A DNA stretch of 64,000 nucleotides from Octopus vulgaris (lineage: Eukaryota): positions 32,488,001 through 32,552,000 of the forward strand of contig OX597828.1 of the NCBI GenBank assembly GCA_951406725.2. The letters are read 5' to 3'. How positions within the stretch are numbered: position 1 is the stretch's first letter; each line of letters starts with the position of its first letter. A program made the position numbers and the translations under genes. The notes beneath the pieces were generated by a model. The model saw only the letters and a list, made by a program, of their open reading frames with translations, did no database searches and was not told where the DNA came from. This document shows positions 30,448 to 43,780 of this stretch, piece after piece.

Positions 30448-32319
30448 CCAATGATATAAATAAAAAGACCCCCTTCAGTCATAAATGATCATGGGATTGC
30501 ACCTAGAAAGTTACCCACGAGGCACAAGTCCAACCAAGGCTGTTTTATGGAAGACCAGTAGTCCCCCGTGCATACCAGTCTCCAAGCCATCAATGTTATT
30601 CAAGGGAAAGACAAAGGCCAATGATATAAATAAAAAGACCCCCTTCAGTCATAAATGATCATGGGATTACACCTAGAAAGTTACCCACGAGGCACAAGTC
30701 CAACCAAGGCTGTTTTATGGAAGACCAGTAGTCCCCCGTGCATACCAGTCTCCAAGCCATCAATGTTATTCAAGGGAAAGGCAAAGGCCAATGATATAAA
30801 TAAAAAGACCCCTTCAGTCATAAATGATCATGGAATTGCACCTAGAAAGTTACCCACGAGGCACAAGTCCAACCAAGGCTGTTTTATGGAAGACCAGTAG
30901 TCCCCGTGCATACCAGTCTCCAAGCCATCAATGTTATTCAAGGGAAAGGCAAAGGCCAATGATATAAATAAAAAGACCCCCTTCAGTCATAAATGATCAT
31001 GGAATTGCACCTAGAAAGTTACCCACGAGGCACAAGTCCAACCAAGGCTGTTTTATGGAAGACCAGTAGTCCCCCGTGCATACCAGTCTCCAAGCCATCA
31101 ATGTTATTCAAGGGAAAGACAAAGGCCAATGATATAAATAAAAAGACCCCCTTCAGTCATAAATGATCATGGGATTGCACCTAGAAAGTTACCCACGAGG
31201 CACAAGTCCAACCAAGGCTGTTTTATGGAAGACCAGTAGTCCCCCGTGCATACCAGTCTCCAAGCCATCAATGTTATTCAAGGGAAAGGCAAAGGCCAAT
31301 GATATAAATAAAAAGACCCCTTCAGTCATAAATGATCATGGGATTACACCTAGAAAGTTACCCACGAGGCACAAGTCCAACCAAGGCTGTTTTATGGAAG
31401 ACCAGTAGTCCCCCGTGCATACCAGTCTCCAAGCCATCAATGTTATTCAAGGGAAAGGCAAAGGCCAATGATATAAATAAAAAGACCCCCTTCAGTCATA
31501 AATGATTATGGGATTGCACCTAGAAAGTTACCCACGAGGCACAAGTCCAACCAAGGCTGTTTTATGGAAGACCAGTAGTCCCCCGTGCATACCAGTCTCC
31601 AAGCCATCAATGTTATTCAAGGGAAAGGCAAAGGCCAATGATATAAATAAAAAGACCCCCTTCAGTCATAAATGATCATGGGATTGCACCTAGAAAGTTA
31701 CCCACGAGGCACAAGTCCAACCAAGGCTGTTTTATGGAAGACCAGTAGTCCCCCGTGCATACCAGTCTCCAAGCCATCAATGTTATTCAAGGGAAAGACA
31801 AAGGCCAATGATATAAATAAAAAGACCCCCTTCAGTCATAAATGATCATGGGATTGCACCTAGAAAGTTACCCACGAGGCACAAGTCCAACCAAGGCTGT
31901 TTTATGGAAGACCAGTAGTCCCTCGTGCATACCAGTCTCCAAGCCATCAATGTTATTCAAGGGAAAGGCAAAGGCCAATGATATAAATAAAAAGACCCCC
32001 TTCAGTCATAAATGATCATGGGATTGCACCTAGAAAGTTACCCACGAGGCACAAGTCCAACCAAGGCTGTTTTATGGAAGACCAGTAGTCCCCCGTGCAT
32101 ACCAGTCTCCAAGCCATCAATGTTATTCAAGGGAAAGGCAAAGGCCAATGATATAAATAAAAAGACCCCCTTCAGTCATAAATGATCATGGGATTGCACC
32201 TAGAAAGTTACCCACGAGGCACAAGTCCAACCAAGGCTGTTTTATGGAAGACCAGTAGTCCATCGTGCATACCAGTCTCCAAGCCATCAATGTTATTCAA
32301 GGGAAAGGCAAAGGCCAAT
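30448..32319. repeat. Tandem array of 11 x ~170-bp units derived from a SINE 3' half
   Basis: Units start CCAATGATATAAATAAAAAGACCCCC at 30448, 30618, 30788, 30956, 31126, 31296, 31465, 31635, 31805, 31975 and 32145. They differ by only a few substitutions. Confidence 0.97.
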
Positions 32320-32490
32320 ACAGCTTGGCACTAGTGATGTCCCAACTTATTCCTACAGATGAGTGGAGTAAACCAACTTAAAATAAAGTGTCTTGCTAAA
32401 GAACACATCCCACAGCCCGGTCCGGGATTCGAACTCTGTACCTTATGACTGCGAGCCCGACACTGTAACCGCTGAGTCACGAGTCTTCGC
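32164..32490 (-). mobile_element. tRNA-derived SINE (family D) whose 3' part is the array unit
   Basis: The minus strand reads GAAGACTCGTGACTCAGCGGTTACAGTGTCGGGCTCGCAGTCATAAGGTACAGAGTTCGAATCCCGGACC (A and B boxes). It continues through TTTAGCAAGACACTTTATTT without a break into the last repeat unit. Confidence 0.8.
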
Positions 32491-33623
32491 ATATTACTGG
32501 TATAATATATATATATTATATCTATTATATAGATGTAATATCTACTGTTTTATACACACGCGCGCGCACATGCACTCACACATATACACATACAATAGTA
32601 GATAATAGTGACCGTCCAGTGAACAATATGGTTCTATTCGAGAAATCTTGGTATTTCCAACCTGCAATTTCCCCACCAAAGGCACAAGCACTGGTATCTT
32701 TTGTTTCCTGTTAGACTGGAATATGTCCTGCTTATCAACAGGTCTTAAAGAAATATCAGAAAACATGCTATAACGCAAGGGGGTCTTACTCTAACATTAT
32801 GTCATCCATTTATGACAAACTGAATCTTGATCACAAATACGCAGCACAACTTACACCACAAGGATTCTTATATTTATTCTGATTCATACATACGAAGAGT
32901 ATGTAAGTTTTCACTAGGTTGTTATGTGGACAAATATCAATTAAGATATCGAATATATTGAATAATCAAGCTGACAGGCTTAATATCTCATATATTTACC
33001 CAACAGACCGATAAGTATATGAAACACGCAGGATTACACTTAACTTTGCACCACGATTATTTACTCATCTAATTTTCAACATCATTGCTCTCCGCATCTT
33101 GAGATTGTTCTGCTAATAATCTTATACAATAATGATAAAACTTGGAACAATGCTTTTAACTACTTCGTACGACACTCTAAAGATATTCCAATCGTGTAAG
33201 AGGTTGTGACTTTCCTTTCGCAAATTTATTTTTAATTTTAAAATATGTATTGCTGTTTAAATTCATATAGTTTCCTTTCATTTGTGAATCTATATATGCG
33301 AAAATGTAGAATGCTATATCACATGATCTGCTTCGTCGACTCCTATTTGATGGAATGTTTAATCGAACTTGTTCTTGAGAGCATGACAAAATTATCGTGT
33401 ATTATTTCTATCAGGAACTACATTGTCACATTATGAGCTTTATTAAAGAGAAGGTTAGGCTTTCAGTGATGTTTGGCTGCTATTTCTTGTAGGCTGAGTG
33501 ACCATGTTGAAGATTCGCTGAGAGAGACCGAAACATAGTGACGTCGTCAGACACAGGAGAAAATATCGTTAGACAATGATACAGCAGGTAGACACCAGGC
33601 GACACTCTCGTCTGCCAGAAAAC

Positions 33624-33655
<32 letters not shown>

Positions 33656-34116
33656 TTATTTCTTTCTTTCACATTCTTTCTCTCTCTCCCTCAGTCGTCA
33701 TTCCGTATTTCTGGCATTATCATCCTGACGCCAAGGTTATTTCTGAAATAATAGCATAACGAATATTGAAAGCACATAAATTAATACAAACGTGGGCCTA
33801 AATTTAATGTTGTACAGGGAGAAAAATTAACGTTTGAGACGAAACTCTTGGAAACCATTGATATAATTCATGTATAAAGGCATAGGGCATAGGTGACACT
33901 ACATTTCATACAATATATACTCTATCGTAATTTAATGAGTATGAATACCTTCAGTCAGTGAGATATAATTATTAAATCAAAGTTTTAAAGACACTACTCC
34001 CTTTGCAAACGTAAATTAATTGTAAATCAATATTTAATCTAAACTTTAGATAAATGTAACTTGGCTATCACCCACCTCTCTGTCGCCCTTCCACTATTTC
34101 TTTCTGTCTCTCTCCG

Positions 34117-34151
<35 letters not shown>

Positions 34152-35469
34152 CCATATCTATAGTGGATTCTGCCCTTAGCGTCGAAATATGAGGGTCTAA
34201 CAGCTAGTATTATTGCCGTTGGACTATCCACACTAGCGTTTTGTATTTATCGGTAAAGGCTTGTGTGAGACTAGTCATATCGTTCGGAAATCCTGAAAGC
34301 TAAACTTTGTTGCAGATGTTTGCGGGGAAATTCAATTAACAATATACGTCGGGCTCTTGTATTACAGCGTTCCAGCTTCTTCGATGATTGCCTTCACTAT
34401 GGCTTAAATTTCAACCACCTCTGATAGATTAAATGCTACCTGGGTACCAAACAGTATTTTTAATTCCGCGTGGTTACATATATACATGCACACAGACACA
34501 CCCACACACATACACAGAGACACATCACGTAATTGGATGAGCGTTGGCTCTTCTGACTTCATCTACCCTTTGATGAATTTTATTTTCCATTCAGTAAAGT
34601 GTCCGAAAGTCACCACTCTCACCAAGCGGCCTTCATAGTGTTCCAGATTTAATCACTCACGATCCGACCATCCAACAGTTGCCTTGAATACGTCAACAAC
34701 AGCAGTCAAGAGACACCTAACATATTATATAAGGATGGCATTTCCTTACTTCTAAAGTGGCGGTCACATTCTATTCTTTGCATTTTACAATAAAAATTCC
34801 TTTTCTACGCTTGAGAAATTAAATTCACCGCGATATATGTGTCTAGAAAATGAAGAATAAAGCGGCAAGGTATCCGCCACTGTTTTAAACTTTTTCTCGC
34901 TTCTCCTGTATGCAATGCTCTGCTTTATTGCTTTAGACATATCATCATTCTGAACTTGTTCTCAGATACCACTAGGTACTGTTTATTTATATGCTCTACG
35001 TTTCTCGGGATTTCCTCTCAAATTATAAACCGTGATTAATTTACACGTGTGCTACACGAAGTCTCAATTATTTCCGTTTCACTTCCTTATAGTAAGAGCT
35101 TAACTAGTGAATGTTTCTAGTGCAAATGTTGAATGAAGACTCGGGAGAAGCGTTATACGGTCAGGCTAAAATAAATAATAGTAAGTATAACAACGTTGCT
35201 ACTGAATCAAAAATCCACCGAGTGCGTGCATGGTGAAACGGCAATGCATAATGCGTAATATTATGCAGAACCACAAGCCTTATAAATAACAGGGAGAAAG
35301 TAATTCTTTATCAGATATCCATACAACGAAAAAACAAGACTGAATTTAATTGAAATGAAATATTTTCAATTTAAAAGAAAAAGCAGTGAAGAGAACATTT
35401 AAGTCGAACGATCATCAAACGAAAAGTGTCACTACGCAATTATTCGAATGAAAAGTAAAGTGACAAAAC

Positions 35470-36110
35470 CAGGACTGGGTGAAAAAGATTGAAGTGTTTC
35501 TCAAATTTCTGTATCATATCATGGGTTTAGAAACCGACTTGAAGCAATAAAGTGAAAACTGTCAGGAAAGAGCAGGCGTGATCACCATTGCCGCAGCAAG
35601 ACATCCCGCTGAACTGCAAAGAAATATTGAATATAGTGGTTGAGTTGACGAACAAATTATAAATGCTGTCACAGCAGGATTGTGTTGGAAGCGAATGGCT
35701 AATAAAATTTTCTTGGCGAAGAAATAAAAATTGCAACCTAGTTTAAAATTGGCTAATAATCGTCAAACACATTTCTCTCAGTCGTAGTTTTATTAGGTGA
35801 TTTAAAATTAATACTCATGGTAATCTATCGATCGGAAACCCCGCATTCTCATAAAGGGTTCTGCAAGGATTCTCGACCAGTTTATTGGAAAGTCAATAGG
35901 AAAGGCTGGATAGCAAAATCTGTATTTGCGCATTGGTTTAGAGATTATTTTATTCCCCGAGAGAAAAGATATATTTCTAGGAATTTTGATGTTACAATGT
36001 TTAATTATTGACAGTTTTCTCTGTCTGCTAGCTGTAATCGGTGATTTATGCCAAAATTCTACTTTAGTACTTTTACCATAGACTAGATAACTACTGCAGC
36101 TTGTATCATC
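35470..36110 (+). pseudogene. Highly decayed pogo/Tigger-type transposase
   Basis: Fragments EQIINAVTAGLCWKRMANKIFL, GDLKLILMVIYRSETP and PVYWKVNRKGWIAKSVFAHWFRDYFIP correspond to Tigger motifs QIFNADETGLFWK, GD.KLKPL.IY.SENP and LPVYW..N.KAWM...F..WF...F.P. Confidence 0.8.
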
Positions 36111-37912
36111 AACATTTACAGTTACAACTCACTAAAATATATTTGGGGGATCTTTATAACAAAATAGATATTTTATATGTTACGGAGATTTTGTAGGTAG
36201 AAATTCGTAACGTTACGAATAATGTAAGGCAGGGACTGCGGTAAATGCGCGACGAAGTTGTTAAATTTGAAGATGCACTTAGAAGGTCCGTGACAAAATT
36301 CATGAAAGAATTCTGCTGTAATATATGTTTGGGATACACATATGATGTGAATTTGTATCTTTGTCATTTACGCCTGTAAAGGGCATATGTTGAGGGTAGA
36401 TGATATATACGGATATGTGCTTGAGTATGTACGTATTAGTTATTTGGAAATTTGCAGACGTATTGGTTAAATAGATGCCTATACTGACCGTGAATGCGCT
36501 AAGTCGGTGATGGTGATAAAATCTTTATTCTGTTTTTCGACTGAACGTTAACGTTTAAAACATCATGAATGCTGGACACTGGTGCTCTAATCAAGACATT
36601 GTCGTCTATTAAACGCCGAATCTGATGTGGATATTATCTTCGTAATTTTCAACATTCAAAAACAGACAGCAGTGTTTCTGTCATTTCTACTGCGGATTTA
36701 ATTACAAACTGTTTATTTTTCTTTTCTTTTAACCTCCACAACCTTGAGATGTGCCAAGACAGAAGGGAAGAACTACATTAAGCAAGATCAGAAGTGATAT
36801 AAAGCAACATATGAAGCAATATGGACAGTAACTGTTTTTGATGAAGATGTTTCTGAAGCATTGAAATAGTTTTACTTGATATCATAACTTATACCCTGAA
36901 ACATGTGGGCACCACGCATCCAGTGCAGCTTATACAGGATAAGCTTCCACACTCATAACGTCATCCAATTACCAGTTTTGCTTAATGAAACAAGCGGCTA
37001 CGTTATGGTGCCATATTCTCGACAGAGTGTTTGAACAATAGTTTCATATTTATCACCGATAATGAAGGACCGTTATCTCTGTATACTTTTCCGAATGCAC
37101 TCAACAAAAAGTGCATGTCACAGGATGTAAGAGTGCATTTTGGGTTGAATAATACTTTATACTGTAGAATTCAAACTAATATTGCCACTAGTGTCACAGT
37201 ACATCCCGTGTGTTACGAAATACGGTTTCTACATTGAAGATACTTCAGAAAATATACTTTTTCGTACGACATTAGATTAAAGGCAGCATAGACGTTCAAT
37301 GTGCTTCAATTAATTAATGGTGCCTTATCTCAAAACACTGCAGTCTTTATGTTACCATTATCATTGAAGTATTTCAAGGAAGCCGCAATGAGAAAAATGG
37401 AATGACAGTAAATATCATTGCCTAAAAGTAATGATTGTCTAACGACTTTTCAGGAGAGTTCAAAACGTATCTAAGCTTCTAAGTGGTACTCCAAGATGAA
37501 GACGAAGAAGCTTATAACTAGTCACAGAATGTTATTAATTTCGTGAACTCCTCAGAAATGCTACTTCAGTAGACCAATAGTTAAGGTGAGGTTATTGTTA
37601 TGCCTTCGGATATCGACGCCTGAACATGTTTTGAGAAATCGTTGAAGAAAAGAATCAATACATATAAGAAATGAAGCGACGTGTAATTGATCACTTTCGA
37701 ACCCCGATAAGACAGCGTTATGTTCGAGTACCAAGTTCAATCCGAGTAGCTTTAACTTCCCTTTTAAATAGAAGATAATTTAATTGCTTTATTGTTGATT
37801 TAATCCTTAACGATTAACACAGTTCAATGACAAGCTGCTGATATCCTCGGGATTTACTTAGATTAGCATCCATTCCACCGGAAATCATATTTTGAGGTAC
37901 TTTCATAGATTT

Positions 37913-38125
37913 GATTTCAAATGTTGGCGCAAAAGCCATCAATTTCGGGGAAGGTAAGTCTATGGCATCGACTCAAATGTTCAACTGGTATTTTATTCTA
38001 TTGATCCGGAAAGCATGAAAGGCAAATTCGAACTCTACGGAATTTGAACTCAGAACGTAAAGGCGAGCGAAATACCACAAAGCAGTTTTCTCGGTGTACT
38101 AACGATTCTGCCAGCTCACTGCCTT
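37913..38125 (-). mobile_element. Family A SINE monomer, diverged
   Basis: GCATGAAAGGCAAATTCGAAC...GGAATTTGAACTCAGAACGTAAAGGCGAGCGAAATACC...CTAACGATTCTGCCAGCTCACTGCC. Confidence 0.8.
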
Positions 38126-38262
38126 CAGCAACTTTCATCATTTTTACATTAACGAAATTCAACAATGAAAAACACCAATATAATATAACTGAAAATGCCC
38201 ATGTATAACCAAATGCAATGACACGTCTAGCAGAATCCACACGCAAACATGTTCACCCACCC

Positions 38263-38312
<50 letters not shown>

Positions 38313-38444
38313 GGAGAGCGCGGGAGGACAACGGAAACAAAGAGAGATAGGCAGGTCAAAATGAAAGAATTACCTATATAGAGAAGACATATGAATACAG
38401 GCACATAAACATAAGTGTATTTGATTATGCTTTCTATGATAGAC

Positions 38445-38645
38445 GCAAGCACAAGGCCTTAAATGTTTCAGGGAGAGGATAGTTGATAACATCAACCACA
38501 GTACACTACTGATTATTATTTTAACGACCCCGAAAGCATAAAAAGTAGAGTTGACTACGGCGAAATTTGAACTCAGATCGTGAAGACGGACGAAGAGCCG
38601 TTTAGTACTTTGTCCGGCGTGTTAGCGATTCTGCCGAGCCGGTGC
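38445..38645 (-). mobile_element. Family A SINE monomer, diverged
   Basis: GCACAAGGCC...CGACCCCGAAAGCATAAAAAG...GAAATTTGAACTCAGA...GTCCGGCGTGTTAGCGATTCTGCC. Confidence 0.75.
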
Positions 38646-38707
38646 CCTAAACGTACGCACACACATAATAAATGTTAATTATACGCACATACAAACATAC
38701 GTTCATG

Positions 38708-38781
<74 letters not shown>

Positions 38782-38843
38782 CACAGTTGTCTCCGCACAA
38801 ATACAAACACATAAGCATAGACACAATCATGAATGTTTATGTG

Positions 38844-38892
<49 letters not shown>

Positions 38893-39785
38893 ATACAAGA
38901 ATTGCGTAGCAGTGAATCGATGCTTGTGTGTTGCAATGTTCAAATTCGTGCCAACATATTTTGATCTTTGTCTAGCTAGATTTAATCTTGTCATGAACCG
39001 AATATAAATTTCCTAACTTATATTTTATTTCCATATGAATTGTCCATTGTATTTGTGCGCATTAGGATTAAATAACATAGATTAAAGATAAGAAAATAAT
39101 GACTGTCTTATTAAAGATAGGAAAATAATGACTGTCTTGTCACAATATTACGCTTTATTTTCTGATGGGATTAGTGACGTCAGCAATTAGCTATTTTACC
39201 TGACTAATCTATTAGATATTATATATAAAAATAAGCATTGCACCATATTTTAGGCGCTAGTTTTATTGAACTAGGGAGCAAAATATGTTAGTCTATATGA
39301 AATGCGCCCATAAGTTTGTAATCAGCGTTGTCATGTGTTCTACCTTGCAAAGAAAATGAAAAAAGTTTATATACCGTCATGTTGGCTGATTAACTCTGGT
39401 TATTTTATTTGAGAGAGCGAATCAAAAATGTGATAAATGTTAAGTAATATTTTAGAACATTTCGGGCTTTGCTAGTTGATATAACATAAAGAAGGTTGAG
39501 CTACAATGCCTACACTTGATACTGCTATTTAGTTTGGCTTGCATTGTTATTTTTGATCTTTCAAATTTTCAGAAAAATATCGGAATAAACGTGCTAAAGC
39601 AGCTGTAATGCTTTTGCAACATGAATACATAAACATACTGTTATGAAAAGTCGAGATGACTGACGTTCAGTTATTCCATAAATAGAATAAAAAGAATGCC
39701 TTAAATGCTACAAACCGTACACGTAGAGGACAGACACTAACTAGAAGCCTAATACTTCATCAGTTGCCGACCGAAAAATATTATG

Positions 39786-39840
<55 letters not shown>

Positions 39841-39851
39841 GAGATAGATAA

Positions 39852-39907
<56 letters not shown>

Positions 39908-39926
39908 ATGTTGATACAGATATATT

Positions 39927-40002
<76 letters not shown>

Positions 40003-40009
40003 ATATGTT

Positions 40010-40560
40010 TATGTTTCGACCAAAGATGAGACCAGTTCATATCTAACTTAATAGCACCATCATCTGATAGGGTCTGCGAAGACATTTTTTAAGTAAAGTT
40101 TTGTAGTATTATCGTTTATTCAACGAGGGACTTGTTGCTGACTCAGATGTATCCATGTATAGATACCTTATCTGGTATCCCTCGACGAATAAAATATTAT
40201 TCCAGGTATCGTTTGAAGGTGATGAGATCTTTTCTTAAGACAGAGCAGGAACTTATTGCGGAAAAGAAGTTTATTTGCAGTGAGTTTATGTGTTGTGATC
40301 ATGAAATGTGTGGGTGACGTATAGCATGTGGTCCGAGCTTTGGATGAGTTAGGACAGTTAAGCCCGTCTAGACAGTACTGGTGGTATAGTCTCCACATTG
40401 TGCAAAACATGTTGCTTCAAAGTTCTATCCTCAAGATCATTCTTGCTCTATCTCTAATGACTCAATTCTCGTAATGTCTTGTTTTAAGTGGAGACACCAC
40501 ACAGTAGCATTCTGAGTGTGGCCTTACAAAGACGAAAAAGGGAGTAATGATGACATCTCC
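40010..40560 (-). mobile_element. Decayed 3' end of a CR1/L2-type LINE (related to 46130-46421)
   Basis: The minus strand has FKRYL-like coding and GATACCAGATAAG. Its tail GGTGCTATTAAGTTAGATATG...TCTTTGGTCGAAACAT is shared with the 46.4-kb copy. Confidence 0.65.
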
Positions 40561-41126
40561 CTCTGCGAACCAAAAATCTATGTGAATCCATGGAGTAATC
40601 CATTATGCTCGAAGAAACACAACATGAATATAATCAGTTGAATTCGGCGTATTTTTTCATCAACTGCTTTAAACACATAATAGACTATTCCGTTCATAAG
40701 AGAATGAGAATTTACTTAAATTTGTTCCATCAAAGAAATTCAGAAAATAAATTTTCAGTTTAGATTTATAAACAATTTATAAGGAAAAGTAGAATTTTAG
40801 TAACTAAAATGAAATTATACGTTAGTACAAATTTATTTATTTACTTATTCTCTCTATTTCTCAGCAGATAATTTACTTTTTTAGAAAATACTGCACCAAT
40901 TTACATAATTACTCTAACTGAATTATTTTTCTAATCAGTAACTCTTTCAGTGTTTATTGCATAGCTTTCGGGTATAAAAGTTTCTTACACTTTTTCTCCT
41001 GTCAGTAACGAAAAAGAATAAATTGCAGGAAAACAAAGTAAAGAATGATCTTCTTTCCAGCATGTAACTCTACGAGAAGTTTCATCTCATTTTTAGAAAA
41101 TAGTATATAATTTAGTATACATACAT

Positions 41127-41169
<43 letters not shown>

Positions 41170-41356
41170 ATACACGCGTTAGGTTAGAGCTAGATGTACT
41201 TAGTATAGAAAACACGTAGTAGTGTTCAAGTGAATTTGGACTTAAACTCCTACTTCATCCAAGTGATTTTAAGAAAAATCTTAAATTAACTGATACGGAG
41301 GTATTAATGCCGATAAACACAATTAGGTTTGACACAGATACATACTTACATACACA

Positions 41357-41413
<57 letters not shown>

Positions 41414-41836
41414 GTATATATACATATGTGTGTGTCTGTGTGTGTGCTTGTGTGTTATAACTTGAGATGTGCGCGTCAGGTCTAAGTATCGTATTACCCA
41501 AATACATATTTGGAAATGGTCATCTAGAATAACCTTTCGTAGGATTAATATGTTCACCCACTCCCAACGTATTTAGGATATTAAACTAACACAGTAATCA
41601 ATGCAGACGATCTACACCGTCAACTACTTGTCAACTACTACAGTTCATACAAATTCTTTATTTTGTCGTAAGCCGTTTAGAATTGATTGCAATTCTTTGT
41701 AACATTGTGGAAAAACAGGTATAACTACAAATGCCAATAGTATACTGTTCACTTCTTCTCTATACTAGGAGCCTATTGCTTGAAACTCATAAACTTCCTA
41801 CGCTCGTATCTATGGATCTTGTATATATATAGTAGT

Positions 41837-42180
41837 GGCACTCCGTCGTTTCCGACGCGAGAGTTCCAGTTGATCCGATCAACGGAACAGCCTGTTCGTG
41901 AAATTAACGTGCAAGTGGTTAAGCAATCCAGAGACACGTGTACCCTTAACGTAGGTCACAGGGAGAGTGTAACAAGGCTGGCCCTTTGAAATACAGGTTA
42001 CAAAAGAAACGGGAAGAAAGAGTGACATAAAGTTGTGGTGAAAAAGTACAGCAAATTTTGCTACCACACACTGTCGGAACTCGTGGAGCTTTGAGTGTTT
42101 TCGCTCAATAAACACTCACAACTCCCCGTCTGCGAATCGAAACTGCGATCCTACGATCGCGAGTCCGCTGCCCTAACCAT
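41837..42180 (-). mobile_element. tRNA-derived SINE family C (tail type 1), diverged, with internal deletions
   Basis: Collinear with 42673-43064 (TCAACGGAACAGCCTG.TCGTGAAATTAACGTG; TTTTCGCTCAATAAACACTCACAAC). Confidence 0.85.
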
Positions 42181-42399
42181 AGAAGTATGTATCTCCAAAA
42201 GCATTCTGTAAAATTGCCATTACTATGATAATACTGAAGGGAATGAAATGAATTTTATACCGAATAAAATTTACATGCAAACATTATACAGGTCTGGAAG
42301 ACAAAACAATAAAGGTTTTCAATGATATGAACGAAATATTAATTTTCGAACGATAATATGTATTCGGTTGCTAATGAACTTCTATCCTAAATCATTCTT

Positions 42400-43720
42400 G
42401 TGCAATTTAGAAGTAATTTTATTCAAATCTTCAGATAATTGCCCAGGTAATTCAGAACTATAAAGCTGCTGGACGGCAAAGCAATAAATAATAAACGTCG
42501 AGGTCATCCTTCTGTATTAACTGTGCGTGATACGCTCCACATACAACGTTGCGTAATGGACGACAGGCGTCGTATCGCTTCATCGTTGGCCCAAGAAGCG
42601 TCTTGTTTTCGTAGGAAGAGAGTATCCGCCCAAACACTTTGCCAAAGTTTGAACCAGTGTGATCTTTATGGATGATGGATGGAAGCACTCCGTAGGTTAC
42701 GACGACGAGGGTTCCGGTTGATCCGAATCAACGGAACAGCCTGCTCGTGAAATTAACGTGTAAGTGGCTGAGCACTCCACAGACACGCGTACCCTTAACG
42801 TAGTTCTCGGGGATATTCAGCGTGACACAGAGAGTGACAAGGCCGGCCCTTTGAAATACAGGTACAACAGAAATAGGAAGTAAGAGTGAGAGAAAGTTGT
42901 GGTGAAAGTGTACAGCAGGGATCACCACCATCCCCTGCCGGAGCCTCGTGGAGCTTTAGGTGTTTTCGCTCAATAAACACTCACAACGCCCGGTCTGGGA
43001 ATCGAAACCGCAATCCTATGACCGCGAGTCCGCTGCTCTAACCACTGAGCCATTACGCTTCCACGATCTTTATGGACGCATTCCTCGTAAGTAGCCTCTC
43101 CTCATTACCAGTCATAAATGAAGTTGTCATTCTTTTGCCGAAACCAATGTGAGTAAGAGGAAAGAGTTTGGGAATAAAATTCTTTTTCTGATTAGACTAA
43201 AATTGATTTGCTTACGACAGATGGTATTAAACGAGTATGGCGACCACCATGTGAAGATAAAAGCGGCAAATGCACCGTGCTTAACGTAAAACACGGAGGC
43301 GGGATGCATGAGTGCGGCTGGTGTGGGAAGACTCTCATTTACTGAGAGAATAATGGATGCAAGGCCTTGTTGTGTCATATTGCAGAAAGCAATGTTAAAA
43401 AGCACAAGGAATTAGGAAGATATTCCATGTTCCAATGTGATAATGACCCAAAATACACTTCAAAGATGAGGACTTAGTTTTTTATCAGATAAAAAGGTAA
43501 AGGTGTTAGCTTGGCCTACCATGTCGCTTGATTTGAACACAATAGAACATCTGTGGGGGTGTTTTGAAAAGAAAGAGTGAGGGGAAAAACCCCGCAATGA
43601 AACACAGTTGAAAGATGTCATTCAGAATGAATGGAGGTCGATTTCATCGGTTATATGCAGATATTTAGTCGACTTTATGCCCAGAAGATTTAATGCAGTT
43701 ATTGAAAGCACGGGCATTCC
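42400..43720 (+). pseudogene. Second, older Tc1 transposase remnant interrupted by a SINE
   Basis: Fragments LYGRIPRK*PLL, KILFSD*TKI, NVKHGGG, FQCDNDPKYT, WPTMSLDLNTIEHLWG and MPRRFNAVI are Tc1 DD34E motifs with many stops and frameshifts. Confidence 0.85.
42673..43064 (-). mobile_element. Full-length tRNA-derived SINE family C (tail type 1) with 12-bp TSD
   Basis: TSD GATCTTTATGGA at 42661-42672 and 43065-43076. The minus-strand head is GTGGAAGCGTAATGGCTCAGTGGTTAGAGCAGCGGACTCGCGGTCATAGGATTGCGGTTTCGATTCCC, and the tail is (TCCA)-like. Confidence 0.93.
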
Positions 43721-43780
43721 TGGTTAGGACGTTTGCTACTGTTATTTAGCCCCAAGAAACATCGTCTTCTGATAGCTTTC

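Noticed and set aside
30655-31408. Two near-identical 81-aa ORFs, or a CRISPR-like array
   Set aside because: They are by-products of the 170-bp tandem units. There are no unique spacers and no cas genes, and the context is eukaryotic.
34250-34720. Faint mariner-like peptide traces (PDL motif)
   Set aside because: Too degraded to support without a profile search.
39081-39138. 29-bp tandem duplication ATTAAAGATA.GAAAATAATGACTGTCTT
   Set aside because: An ordinary local slippage duplication with no further structure.
42990-43064. Possible tRNA gene (likewise 14915-14984, 32420-32490 and 51167-51245)
   Set aside because: A and B boxes are present, but the cloverleaf is incomplete and each continues into a repeated body, so these are SINE heads.
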